DNA of 64,000 nucleotides from Octopus bimaculoides (lineage: Eukaryota), in the NCBI RefSeq assembly GCF_001194135.2, contig NC_068997.1, positions 40,248,131-40,312,130 on the forward strand. Reading direction: 5' to 3'. A program made the translations under genes and the position numbers. Position 1 is the first letter of the stretch; the number at the start of each line of letters is the position of its first letter. Positions 48,126 through 60,919 of this stretch are shown here, one piece after another. The notes beneath the pieces are model-generated. The model saw only the letters and a program-made list of their open reading frames with translations. It had not been told where the DNA came from and searched no databases.

Positions 48126-49861
48126 ATTCTACCGAATTTCACTCAGAAAGAAACCCCTTACAAAAGGTTTCTTGCAGGGTAATGAACCTAGAAGTAGGTG
48201 ATTGCGAAGTGAACTTGTTAACGACACATAACAAATAAAGAATGAAGGAATGGTCGATATTTCATCAAGGAAGCTATTTTTCCCTCCAAAATGTCATCTC
48301 AACCCTTTAGAAGCCGACAAATGGTTTTAAAGACAACGTCGAATGTAGAAGTGGAGAAATATTAACACTGAAAGAGTCCATTGCATTTTCAACTTGTCAC
48401 TAACAGACTTTTCCAACGTTGAGAACCTGTTCATATTGAGCCACGAGAAATAGCAGCAAAACTAACGTTTAAAATATGTTCTAAACTTGACCTGTTTCTT
48501 GTAGATTTAAGTGGAAAGTAATGAAACATTATCTGAAATCTTGAATACAGTTGGACATAAGATAGGTTATTTAGTGATTAATAGGTATAAAATTGTAATC
48601 ATATACATCAGATCACGATTACATAACCTTCGTTGTGGAGGAACTAATCCCATTATGTCACTGATCAAACACCTCACTAAACTTTATCCAAATCTCTAAT
48701 TTCGTGACGTTTAAAAGGAGAAAATGTACTTTTCTACTTTCTTGAATAAACTTATTTTTGAAGTATTACGACCCCTTTAACATATTCTTCTCTCTGAGAA
48801 GTCAATTTTGACTATTCTTCATCTTTAATTTTCATCGTTTCGCTATCTGAAGGTTATTTACAGACTATTTTAACGTAAATTAATTAAAACAAACTACTTA
48901 AACATCAATAAAAGCTGTTAAATGCATTACTGAATAATTAATCATATCTCTCTTCGATTCTCAAATCACCTTTATTTCCATTAAAAGGAATTCCATCCTT
49001 GACCTGAAATCAGCCCTTGTAAATTTGCTTTATATTAGATTACAAACAATTTGTTTGGTTAAGTCAAAAGGGGAGAGCAACAAAAGATTACCCCGACCAA
49101 AGCAGCGTCTATTAGTACACTTGACGAGATTATTATAACATGGATGCTTCAGTGAATTGCCGACTCTCTTAAAGTTTAATTACACCGTCGCCTGACTCTT
49201 CTTTCCATTGTTGTAATTCATCGATTAACTTCCATATTGATTCCATCAAATGTCGACTGATCTCAGACAAGTCATGGAATTAATTTGTCACCTTCTATAA
49301 TGTTGGTTTGCTGACAATGGCAGCAAGAATCAGATTTCACAGTTTTTTTTGTTTTGTTTTGCTGTTTCCCATAATTTCTATTTTATTTTATTTTTCTGCA
49401 CAATTATCACTGTTTAATTAGTTTTCCTTTCGTCCTGTCTAATCCTTTAACAAATATGTTTTGTAAACTTCCAGGCAATTGTGTTCCTTTCATGTCTCTT
49501 ACAGTTAATATCTTCAGTTCAGAATATTAACAGCTACTAGAAGAACATTAATATAAGAAATAGATCGTTCCAAAGCTATTTTGTTTCTTTTCTGATCTCA
49601 ATGTAAAGTCATGGTGTATGCTGTAGTGCAAAAATGAAAAAGAAAAAAGATTCGTCAAGCAGGTGGATTATGTACTGATTAACATGCACGGAATATCTTC
49701 AGTGAATTGAAATTTGTCTGTGAACAGGAGAAAAACAGGTTAAAACGTAACGACAGTTGTTTGCTCAGACAAAAGAGGAAGACATTTTCCAGCAATCAAG
49801 TGTTTTTTCACTGTATAGGAGAAAAATTTAATGCGTTTTTGCTGGCAAATTGTCAGAGATG

Positions 49862-49894
49862 GACATGTTTCAGGTTTTTCAAACCTCATCAGGG
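49862..49894 (-). ncRNA. Hammerhead-like relic (stem I not formed)
   Basis: Minus: CC-CTGATGA-GGTTT(GAA)AAACC-T-GAAA-CATG-TC; palindromic stem III ACATGT and GUC triplet. Confidence 0.4.
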
Positions 49895-50358
49895 AAGCAC
49901 ATTTGCAATCGTGCCCGAGTGGGTGAATTCATGGCTTTACAAGCAGGAGATTTGACTCGTAATAACTCACATAAATATCAAAAATAAAGAGAAAGAAGAT
50001 AACTCAAATGAATCAATGGCATGAATCATGAATTTAAATAATTCAGTTTGCTAATCATCTATTGAATGACGTATCCCCTAAAATTTCAGCGAATTAGAAT
50101 TCTACTCATAAACGGAGAAGGAATGCAACAAAAATGGAAAATAATTTTTATAAATTAAAAATAAATTCTACAGAAAATTTAATTCCTATACTAAGAGGTA
50201 AAATCTGACTTTTGTTGGCAGGAAAAGTTACAGACATGGACATATTCTCGAATTATTATGCCTCATTTCAGCATTGCCTTTCATCCTTTCGGGGTGGTTA
50301 CAATAAATAGCAGCCCCGCTCCCCTGAAATTGTGCCAAAATTCCTATTCATTACAGAT

Positions 50359-50765
50359 ACAGGCGTGGCTGTGTGGAAAGAAACTTCCTTCAAAACTACA
50401 TGGTTCCGGGTTCAGTTCCACAGCATGTCACCATGGGTAAGTGTATTCTACAATAGCCTCGGACCAACCAAAGCCTTGTGAGTAGATTTGGTAGATGCGT
50501 GTGTGTGAGTGTGTGAGTGTGTGTGTGTGCCCCCGCGAGTACGTGTGTCTTTGGGTCGCTGATTGTACGCCCACAACCGCTTGACAACCGGTGCTGATGT
50601 GTTTACGTCCGTGCAACATAGAGATTCGACAAAAGATACCGATGCAATAAGTAGCAGGCTTTAAGAAAATATACAAAGTACTGGGATCGATTCATTCGAC
50701 TAAGAAATTCCCGAAGCCGAAGCTCCAGAATGACCACAGTTTAATGACTGAAACAAGAAAGAAGT
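50359..50765 (+). mobile_element. SINE family B, full length
   Basis: Head AGGCGTGGCTGTGTGG, B-box GGTTCAGTTCC, tail GACTGAAACAAG. Confidence 0.85.
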
Positions 50766-51029
50766 TAAAAAATAAATTAGATTTCACTGGGGAAAAACAG
50801 CGATTTAGTTTCAATTCTCAGCCTTTGTTAACGGTATAAACATCATATTTTAATTTTTATACTTCAACAAAATATAGTTTTGAATCTTGTCAACAGAAGC
50901 TTATTTTATGAGAATTTCATCAAAATAAGTTCTTCGATATTTTTAAACCCAAAGGAATTCTGCACCATTTTGGTTTATTAAATACCAAATTAAATCTCCA
51001 ATAAGGTGTGTGTGTGTGGTGATGGCGCA

Positions 51030-51575
51030 TGGTTTCGGTCACGGAAGTTCCCCTCCGAGGTACAAGTCCAGGCAAGATTGTTCGTGGGAGACCAGCAATC
51101 GCCCATGCATACCAGCCTATTCTTTACACGTCACTGATGCTATCCAAGGGAAAGGCAAGCGCCGATAATGCTTGGCACCAATGACGTCGCAAATCATTTC
51201 TACAGCTGAATTAACTGTAGCAGCATGAAATAGAGTTTCTTGCTTAAGAACATAGCACACAGCCCGGAACATCAGGCTCACAATCAAGAAGTAGTGAGAT
51301 CGTTTCCCGGACCAGGATACGTGTTGTGTTCTTGAGTAAGACACTTTATTTCACGTTGCTCTAGTTCACTCAGCTGTAGAAATAAATCGCGACGTCACTG
51401 GTGTCAAGCTGTATCGGCCCCGTTGCCTTTCCCTTGGGAAACATCAGTAGCATGGAGAGGGGAGGTTGGTATGCATGGGCGACTGCTGGTCTTCCATAAA
51501 CAACTTTGCCCGGACTTGTGCCTCGGTGGGGAACTTTCTAGATGCAACCCCATGGTCATTCATGACCGAAGTGGG
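51030..51575. mobile_element. Head-to-head inverted pair of SINE family E copies
   Basis: Arms about 51045-51268 and 51306-51536 are mutual reverse complements (TGTGTTCTT.AG.AAG, CAGCTGTAGAAAT, TTGCCTTTCCCTTGG, TGGTATGCATGGGCGA). Confidence 0.8.
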
Positions 51576-51869
51576 TCATTACCTATTACCCTATTTTTTT
51601 ACAGTAAGGAGTCTGTAAAAATAAATTCTAACGGAAATGATTATATTTATTCTGCACTAGAAAATAATAACCATCTTTTATTGACGGGATGGACAGTTTT
51701 ATCTGGTGCATTATTTAGTATTAATTGTAGCTGTTTGATTTTTATTAGTGTTGTAAGAATTCAAAAGAACATCTATTACAGTGAGAAATCAAATTAGAAG
51801 TATTAGTTGCTATTCTCAACACTTAAACAATGTAATTTCGTTGTCCGTAGTATCGCTGATTTAGAATTC

Positions 51870-52100
51870 TTTTATTCTTTTATTCCTTTACTTGTTCCGG
51901 TCATTTGACTGCAGCCATGCTGGAGTACTGCCGTAAGGGCTTTTAGACGAAGAAATCGATCTCAAGACCTATTCTTTGTAAGCATAATACCTATACTATC
52001 GGTCTCTTTTGCCAATCCGGTAGATTACGAGGAGATATACACACCGGCATCAGTTGTCAATCGATAGTGGGGAGGGGACAAACACAGACACATAGGCACG

Positions 52101-52152
<52 letters not shown>

Positions 52153-53050
52153 CGAGGTCTGATAGATAATTATCCGGACTGTTGCCATAATAACGTAGCT
52201 AAAGCACGCAGAATAAAGTCGCTTGGAACAGATTAACCTTGAACTCTGCTGTGCATGCGCACTAAGTTTTAACGTTCTAGCTTGCTTCCGCTGTTTGCAG
52301 CGGTGCTTGGAAGGAAGGTGTGTAGCGTGTGATCATGACGATACCTGCTCAGAGGCCTACACAAAGTTGAAGAAAGTGTATGGAGAGGAGTGTATGAGCC
52401 CCAAACAAGTATACGAGTAGTTCAGATGTTTCCAAGATGGCAGAAAAAATGTCGATATTGACAAAAGTTCTGGGAGATCCGCAATCAGCAGAATTGAAAA
52501 AACATCGCAGATGTGCGTGCAGCTGTGAGGGGAAATCGTCAAATCGTCATCTGTGAGTTATCAGAGAATGTGCAGATTAGTTACGGTAAAGTTCAGTCCA
52601 TTACAACTGAAGATTTGGGTATGAGATGCGTGTTTGTGCTAAAACTGCTTTCAGCTGACCAAAAAGATACTCGGATTTCAGTTGCAGAAGATCTCCTTGA
52701 TTGTGTCGAGAACGATGAAAACTTTTTGTAAACTGTGCATGGGCCTTTGGGTAAGCATCACCAAGCCTTGGAAAAATTTGTTGTAGATTCTCTGCTCATC
52801 TTTCTCAGTCATGGTCAATGCGACGATCACACACTACACACCTCCATCCTAAGCATTTCTGTAAACGGTGGAAGTGAGCTAGAACGTTAAAACTAAGTGT
52901 GCATTCACAGCAGTGTTCAAGGTCAATATGTGCCAAGCAGTTTCACTCTGCGTATTTTAGCTTTTTTACTATGGTAACAGTCTAGATACTTATTAATCAG
53001 ACCACGTACGACGGGCTTCTTTCAGTTTCCCTCTACGAAATCCACTCACT
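51870..53050 (-). mobile_element. SINE family B split by a mariner insertion
   Basis: Tail and CA tract at 51870-52150 resume as CGACGGGCTTCTTTCAGTTTCC at 53009. Confidence 0.8.
52153..53006 (+). mobile_element. Mariner (Tc1/mariner) non-autonomous derivative, TA TSD, about 190-bp inverted ends
   Basis: TA-CGAGGTCTGAT...ATCAGACCACG-TA; transposase relic KVYGEECMSPKQVYE..DGRKNVD..SGRS..ELSENVQISYGKV..LGMR..QKDTRISVAEDLL..DENFL. Confidence 0.9.
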
Positions 53051-53055
53051 TGTTG

Positions 53056-53163
53056 GGGTACCACCATGCTGGAACACCGCCAGGCTGGGGCACCGCCAGT
53101 CTTGGGCACCGCCAGGCTGGGGCAACGCCAGGCTGGGGCAAAACCAGGCTGGGGCAATGCCCT
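53056..53163. repeat. 16-bp GC-rich minisatellite (GGGCACCGCCAGGCTG, about 6.7 copies)
   Basis: Direct reading; the unit resembles the SINE B motif CCATGCTGGAGCACCGCC. Confidence 0.85.
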
Positions 53164-53164
53164 G

Positions 53165-53520
53165 AAAGGTTTTGAGGAAGAAATCGACGCTCATCCTTAC
53201 TTTTGAGATTGGTGCTTATTCAGTCTGTTGTGCAGAAGCGTTGTATTACGGAGACGTAAACAGAATAACACCGGTTGTCAAACGATGAGAGGGGGACAAA
53301 CACAATCACAAAGGCACACATGTACATAAATGTGTGTCTGTCTGTGTGTGTGTGTCTGTGTGTGTCTGTGTGTGTGTGTGCGTGTGTGTGTGTGAGTGTA
53401 TGACGGTTTTCACACAGTTTCCTTCTACTAAATTTGCTAACAAGTAATGTGTCAGCCAGAGCTATAATAAAAGACTTTTGCCCAAGGTGCTTCGCAGTGG
53501 AAATAAGAATGACGGTACTC
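53165..53520 (-). mobile_element. SINE family B, degenerate
   Basis: ACACCGGTTGTCAA, TG tract, TTTGCCCAAGGTGC. Confidence 0.7.
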
Positions 53521-54654
53521 CGTTATGTAAAGTACGAATAACTTTTCTTTGGTGATCATTTTTCACATCGCAAAACTGTACGATGCTTAAGGTAAGATCT
53601 AAAACATTTCTTGGTTTATATTAAAGGTAGAACGAAGTTCAATCAGAGCGTTAGACTTCACAGAAATTCTGTAAGATCTTTGTTTTATTTATAGCAACCA
53701 GATAAAGGCAACAAATCGTTTGTGTGTGTGTTCAAGCGTTTCGTTAGGATATATCAGCTGGAACGTGAACCAGTGACTGAATCCATCTCAAAGCCAACAG
53801 GATTATATAGTCTTCGGCAGTGTTCTGTAAATACAAACTTCCTTTAGCATTAATAGCCTTGAAAATACAAAGCAGTATTTACGGTGAAAATTTTAATGAC
53901 GTTCAACAGCAGATATAAACTAAGATCGTGATAGTTGACACAAAAGTGATGTAGGAAGGATGTATGTTTTTTTGTTTTTGTTTCTGTCTGTTATTTTTAT
54001 ACATGATACAGAATTGGAAATAATCTATTTTGTGAATGAAAACAGATTTCGTCTTGTAAAAATACTATGGTGGCGACCCATATTAAAGCGCAGCATAGTT
54101 GGTAATTTCAATCTTTTCAGACCTAATATAGCCACGTGAAATTCTCTTTCATTCAAATGTATGGAAATTATGGTGTAATTAATGACAGTGCGCCATTTTG
54201 CTTTCGAAAAACAATAGTAAATTATATATGCAATATAATTTGATGACTGGTTTTACTTAGGGTTTAACCTACGAAAACTTTGAAAACAGGAGTGTATTAA
54301 CAAATACAAAATGGATTTATTTATTCATGATCATTGAGGAAATACTAAAGAAGTGAACCACTTACGATGGAGAGATGGATTTGATGTGGTTTTTTGTTGG
54401 AATATATCTGGTTGAAATTACTCGTTAAGTGAACTATACATTTGTCTGTATCCAAACACCATTTAATAGACCTAGTTTTAGGATCAATTCAAGTGTATAA
54501 TGCAGGTGGCCGTTTCAACGTCGCACAGATTTTTTACCATACCAATCAGCACTTTACAGAGTTATTTTACTTAGATGAAGTTTATTTCATAAGGTTTTCT
54601 TTCATATTAACAATATCTATAATATTTGATTTTGCTCTCGTTCTTAATCTTCTG

Positions 54655-54775
54655 AGTTCAAGTTGCGCCAAGACCAACTCACCTTTCATTCATCCATTTG
54701 ACATCTATAAAATAAAGTACAAGTCATGGACCGAGCTCGATTTAATGGTCCGCTCCCCACGTAACTTCTAGCATG
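54655..54775 (-). mobile_element. SINE family A fragment
   Basis: TTTCATTCATCC..ATAAAATAAAGTAC body similarity. Confidence 0.45.
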
Positions 54776-56135
54776 AACAAATCAGTTATTAACTACACAG
54801 CCATAACACAAATAATAAAGTAGTAATTGACCATACACACCAACAAAGTTGCATCACTGCCAAGAACACATTAAACAATAACATACCATCACGCACATAA
54901 TTTATCCAGATAGCACAACATACATACAACATCTTAAACTATAAATAAATCAGATTTCAGAGGAATTATCAATAAAAGACTATACAAAAACTGCTAGTAA
55001 ACAGCCACAGCCAGCTGAGGGAAAAAAACACCTGTCTCTTCATAAGAATAAAGTAAGGGATCCTTTCTCACTCTCTTCTCTCTCGTCAATTATGGCTGCA
55101 CTTAGAATAGACAGTACGAATGCATGTAACCCGGGAAAACCCTTCGAATTTAGATGTGATGACCGGCAGCAACACCAGTTTCCGATTCACAAACCTTCCC
55201 GCCCATTTTCGGTGGATACGAAATTTACTTATATCCAAGTCAAATGGAAGAGGAGGGTGCGATATCCTCAAAAACTGGCTCAGACATTTCCCACTGCTTG
55301 ACAGGCTGCGACTGGATTTCCTGAATGAATCAATGGACAAACCGTATCGTTCCATCCAGGCCTTATCTGGATAGAATATTCTGTAGGAAGGTAAATATAA
55401 ATCTTTGGCTACAAAAACACCAATAATATGTTGTGAGCAGTTAACCTAAATTAGCTTCGTAGTTAGGGAACCGGTAATTGAAGCTAAACGCTTAGCCCCG
55501 GCACGCCTGGCTTACAGAGACTAGATTAGAGGATTAGTTAACCGGACGTTGACATGGACAATTGTCAGTAACAGATGGTAGACCACTCTGTAAAGAGAGA
55601 TTAGCATAGAATCGGTAAGTTCGTGGCGATAGAGAAATATAGAATAGGCGGGAAGGGCAGGCAATTTTCCTTTGTCTCGGAGCTATAGTGAAAGATTTTG
55701 TGTGTTGGATGAGTCTGAAAGGGCTAAAGAAAGACACTTTCCTTTTCAGCTAAGCCTTCATCGGTGTTTACAAGTTCCTATTGGGAAGGAAGGTAGGAGT
55801 GAAGAGTAAAGTGCTGTTCCTCAGCAAATTTCTTGAAAGATGGGTAAATGCTGCAAAGATGGTCCGAGTGAATGGACGTACTCTAAGCATGTGCTTGCTG
55901 GTTAAAAACTACTGACGAGGGAGAGAGAGGGAAGCACTTGCTACAATACTCAAGTGATCTCGGCGAATCTGTGGGGTTCCTTGTCTCCTTTCGATGGTGT
56001 TTCCTCATATTAGGGAATTTTGTTGTTAACATTTTCCTAACCTTTTATTGTTTACACATGTTTATGTAGATTCCCATTGCCCCGTGTCTTTGTATTATCC
56101 GTAATGTTTTTCGCTGCCCATGTGACCGATGAAAA

Positions 56136-56180
<45 letters not shown>

Positions 56181-56181
56181 C

Positions 56182-56620
56182 TAGGCGGTGATCAGGCATC
56201 GTCAGCACGCCGAGTAAAATGCGTTTCGTCCGTCTTTAGATTCTGAATTCAAATACCTCCGAGATCGACTTTGCATTTCGTCCTTTCGATGCGGATAAAA
56301 TAATTACCAGTTGAGTGCTGAGATCGATGTAATCGACTTTTCCTCCGCTCCGAAATTGCTGGCTTTGTACCAAAATGTGAAACCATTAATATTATTATTA
56401 GCGTCGAGCTAGCAAAACGGTTAGCGTGTCGGTCAAAATCCTTAAAGGCGTTTCTTTAGGCTCTTTACATTCTGAGTTCAAATTACTCCGAAATTGCTTT
56501 GTCCTTTATCCTTTCAGGGTGAATAAAATAAGTACTACTTCAACACCGGAATCGATGTAAACGACATACTTTTCCCCTAAAATTATTAGCTTTGCACCAA
56601 AATTTGAAACAATTATTATT
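56182..56620 (+). mobile_element. Two tandem SINE family A copies between (TTA)n tracts
   Basis: Heads at about 56182 and 56398. Confidence 0.75.
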
Positions 56621-56626
56621 ATTTAC

Positions 56627-56659
<33 letters not shown>

Positions 56660-56839
56660 CGTTTTTATTATTGTGAAAGCGATGCATTTGTAAAAGTAAC
56701 ATTCTAATTAATATATCTAAATATTCTAATAAATTGTTTCTTTACTCAGAACTATTTTATTGCTCGTAGAAATTTCATGAATATCACCACTTCTTTTCTT
56801 CGTCCTTGTAAGACTTGCATGCTTTTGCAAGAAATTATC

Positions 56840-56968
56840 AATCATCATCATCGTCGTCATCATCGTCATCACCACCGTCACCACCACCACCATCNNNNNN
56901 NNNNNNNNNNNNNNNNNNNNNNNNNNNNNNNNNNNNNNNNNNNNNNNNNCACCACCACCACCACCACC

Positions 56969-57000
<32 letters not shown>

Positions 57001-57015
57001 TATTATTATTATTAA
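56840..57015. repeat. (CAT)n/(CAC)n/(TAT)n compound microsatellite around a gap
   Basis: Direct reading. Confidence 0.9.
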
Positions 57016-57895
57016 ATTTGTAAATTATTTTAATATAGGAAACGATAAATATATCTGCCAATCGAAGAAATGCTCACAACTATATTCTTATTTGCAATAG
57101 CAGTGCATATGCAATATTGGTGAATAATTCAGCTGGTGTTGATGGGGAAGGAAAAATATCTGCTTTGAACCTATTGCTGTTATTGGATTTGGATAATTTG
57201 TCTTTTTGTTGTTTTCTATCTTTCATTTACTTTAAATTTCTTCAGGTAATGAATGAAATAATAACAAAAACACTGCGTTTATCAGGAATTGGAATCCAGA
57301 GTTTTGTGTTGCTGTTATTTAATGCCAAGTCAACCAACAAATATGCTAATGATGACAAAGAAAACTAAAACAACACAATTCTAAATACATTTTTCTTAAA
57401 ACCAAAATTTGCACACATTTTTAAAATCTGTTACGTCTTTTTGGTTATAATTTTTATTTAATTTTTCTCAATTCTTACCTCCTTTATTATCCTCTTATTA
57501 CTATCGCAATTAGAATTGCTTTTTATTTTGCCTTCTTTTTTTCATGTAATTTTCTCCGGGGAAGAGCAGATATCTTCATTAGTTAGTCTTACCCGAAAGC
57601 GTACTTTGCTTAATTTCAAACCTAGCCAAATATATCCCCCACAGAAATAGGGCTGATATTTTTCTTCAATGAATATTTGCAAAGTTTAAGCAGTTAATAA
57701 ATGAAGTTTGAATAAAATTAACATATTGCAGAGATAGCAAGATTGTTCTATACAATTTTACTCATTAATGTCTTTTGTGATGCAAAGCAGTATCCAACCA
57801 TACATTAATTTGAATGCGCAGTCGTGAAAACAAAATATATAAGTTGGAGAAAATCCTCATTAACTCGTAATTTTTTTTATTAATATTATTATTTG

Positions 57896-57896
57896 T

Positions 57897-57952
<56 letters not shown>
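57896..57952. repeat. (GTA)n microsatellite
   Basis: Direct reading. Confidence 0.95.
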
Positions 57953-58319
57953 AACCTGTCTGTTATTATTAGTCTTTTCTATGATTAATAATATATATAT
58001 ATATTTTCAGGAAATTGTATATTTTGAAACAATTCTTTCTAAACAGTTTTAACCATAAAACACATCACACTAAACCGCCAGCGTTTGAATTTAAAGTATA
58101 AGCACCAAAATTTCTAACAATTTTATGTGAGTGTGTATACGTTTGTACATACAAGCACATACAAACGTTTACACATACAAACACACATACATGCACTCAT
58201 ATGTCTAGCTAAAACACAAATTGTGTGCTTCTGTGTGTGTCTGTATTTTTAAACCGAGTGATACCATAGACATATAAAGCAAATGTGAACATGAATATAA
58301 GTGTAATGTATGTATTATA

Positions 58320-58520
58320 TATTGGCTTCAAATTCCAGGGGAAGGAGGAAAGTCAAGTACATCGGCCCCAGTGCTCAAGTGGTACTTATTTTATCAACTC
58401 CCGAAAAGATGAGGGGCAAAGTTGACCTCGTCAGAATTTGAACTCAGGAGTAAAGACGGGCGAAATACCACTAAGAATTTTGTCTGGCATGCTAACAATC
58501 ATGGCAACTCGCTGCCTTCG
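58320..58520 (-). mobile_element. SINE family A
   Basis: Reverse complement of the family body and head. Confidence 0.8.
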
Positions 58521-58747
58521 TCTGTATTTTGTATTGATGTCCAATGATATTACTGAAAGATGTTGGGCCTTGTGACACACATCCTCTCTACATTCCTCAT
58601 TTTTATTATTTCTTTAGAAGAGAAACTACCCCTCCAAGTGCTCCCTTTCATGGTCTCCGAGGTAACATAGATAAATGTAGAATGATATCCACAGATCAGA
58701 GACCTCCTCTGAATACTTGCAACAGACAGGATTCCACTGATAGCATA

Positions 58748-58762
58748 CAGGGACGGATTAAC
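58748..58762 (+). mobile_element. Solo hAT-like terminal inverted repeat
   Basis: CAGGGACGGATTAAC resembles CAGGGCCGGATTAAC-type hAT ends; no partner found. Confidence 0.3.
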
Positions 58763-59299
58763 TAACTACCCCACACTTATATCTACGACGCGGTCAGCAG
58801 AGACCCCTAAGAGTTGATGATGACTACCCACCAGATTTTGAAATCTAAGAAATGTTTTTCTATTGTTTGGTTTAGCATTGAGGTGTTGCTTTTATTCTTT
58901 AGTTCGATGACATAGACTCCAAGTATTAGAAGCACAAAATTATCGCTACCACTCTCCCCTTTCGAAACTGTTGAAGACGTATGACATACTACCACCTTTT
59001 CCATCGGTCTTTGGACATTAAGGTCATATTGGCGCGGAAGACAAGAGTGGTCGTTAGCTACTTCAAGTTCCCTGAAAGAGAGGTGACATTTTGTCCTTTT
59101 TTTCCACAGGTTCATTCCAAGTAGCATGATGCACCACGCAAAAAAATACACAATAAGTTTAACTGCTTTAATAATTTTCCACATGCGTATATTTACTTGC
59201 CTTCATGTTTTGAATCTACCTTTTATATTTGATGGCTGCATCAAAAGAGAGTCTTCCAGTAGCTGAATTGTGAACGCAGTTATCCAGAAAAGAAAGATT

Positions 59300-60280
59300 C
59301 TAGTTGATTTCACCAGATAAGCAAGAATCTCAAGACCTATACAGAAGTAGAAATAGTTCATATACAATCGCTGCCAAAGTGTTGCTCCAAGTCACAGACT
59401 TTATCCAACGCTAATCCATTTTCTGATTGTTTAAGAAAATATTTATTGTGTATAATATAAATAGTTAATTCTTAAATTCTCAGTCCACTTTTCTATAAAT
59501 AGTTGCTGTAGACTTAGAGCATCTCGCAAATGAAACCTGGAATTAACATTCATTTCGTAACCTTGCAAGTTTGACTTCAAGTTATCTTGTAGGTATAACT
59601 TAAAAGGTACCAGTTACATCAAGATGTCTCGGTGTTAGACCTTCAGTGGTGTTCAAGCTTTGATCTAGTGTCTACAGTTTTGAATTTTTAGTAATATATA
59701 AAACAAAGCACTTGATAAAGGGAACTATTCTCTACTCACCCAACTTAAGATGGAAGCGAAACCCAAAGGGATAATGTACAATATTTAAATGAGTTTATTA
59801 AGATAGAAAAGTACATTCTCAGTGCCAAGCTCTCGGAAAATACCATAGGTGGAAAACGGGGTTCTCAACAATATAACCACATGCAGCACTCAGTATAACT
59901 CTTCTAAGTATATTTTGAAATAATTGTTAGACTAATTTATTATAGCGTGTCTCAAGAAATGGTACATTATACTAAAATATCTATAATCATTTCAATCATG
60001 ATTGAAAATAATGTTCACGAACCAGATTTATTCTTCCTCCGCGAACACAATGACTGAAAGAAGCACCTTCTGGTCTTGGTTTTCGCTGTTACATGCGTAC
60101 TAACAACCAAGCAGAGCTTTGTTGCAATGATTTTAGTTTCCTTTAAAGACAAATTGATTATTAATTCTGTTTATGTAGTTTACATGAGGATATCATTAAA
60201 TATTAGTTAATATCAGACACAAATATTTAGGCTATTGCTGAAGACGAGGAGCGAAGAGCGCTGAAACGTTAGACATCTTG
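59300..60280 (+). mobile_element. Possible decayed Penelope-like element 3' region
   Basis: Weak DLYRS (LYRK-like) and KPKGIMYNI..KYI (GIY-YIG-like) peptides followed by the hammerhead-like CTGAAGA..AGCG/CGCT-GAAACGTT at 60238-60270. Confidence 0.3.
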
Positions 60281-60476
60281 CCTTATAGCATAACAATCTA
60301 TTCTATTGTTTAAGCAACATGAACTACTATTTGCCGACACAGACCATCGCTGTTTTCCCTCTAATTCTACTGTTTTACTTTAATGTTTAAATGATTGCAC
60401 ATTATGGTTATTATTGATTATATTGTCATTTTGAAAGCGACAAAGAGATTCGTATGAATAACAGCTATTGCTCTTT

Positions 60477-60566
60477 ATGTTGAACTTCCAGATGTTGAAC
60501 TTCCAGATGTTGAACTTCCAGATGTTGAACTTCCAGATGTTGAACTTCCAGATGTTGACCTTCCTG
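60477..60566. repeat. 15-bp tandem repeat ATGTTGAACTTCCAG x5 plus one variant
   Basis: Direct reading. Confidence 0.95.
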
Positions 60567-60699
60567 TTGAAGAGTCTGCGGTTTGTATATTCCCACTGTT
60601 TCCCAGATCATAATCAAAACTTTAAGGTTGTCTGCTCTTGCTTATTTTAATGTGGATTCACTATTAAGCTAAAGGTTCTTTCCTCTTACTGTAGCTGTA

Positions 60700-60919
60700 A
60701 TACTGGTTTCAAATCTTGGCACATGGCCAGCATTTTCGGGGCAGGGGCTAAGTCGATTACATCGACTCCAGTACTCAACTGTCACTTATTTTATCAACTC
60801 TAAAAGGATGAAACGCAAAGTCGACCTCGGTGGAATTTGAACTCAAAACGTGAAGACGGACGAAATACAGCTAAACCTTTTAGTCGGCATGCTAACGATT
60901 CTCCCAGGTCGTCGCCTTA
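60700..60919 (-). mobile_element. SINE family A, full length
   Basis: Ends GTCGTCGCCTT (head); family body intact. Confidence 0.85.

Noticed and set aside
49080-49340. Conserved non-coding enhancer (TAAT/TGAT-rich unique block)
   Set aside because: Cannot be supported without cross-species alignment.
55744-55770. Minus-strand hammerhead (ACAC-CGATGA-AGGCT-T-AGCT-GAAA)
   Set aside because: The core lacks the U of CUGA, stem II has no viable loop and stem III is absent.
55090-56130. GC-richer block as a coding or LTR element
   Set aside because: No recognisable protein motif or terminal repeat in any frame I read; left unassigned.
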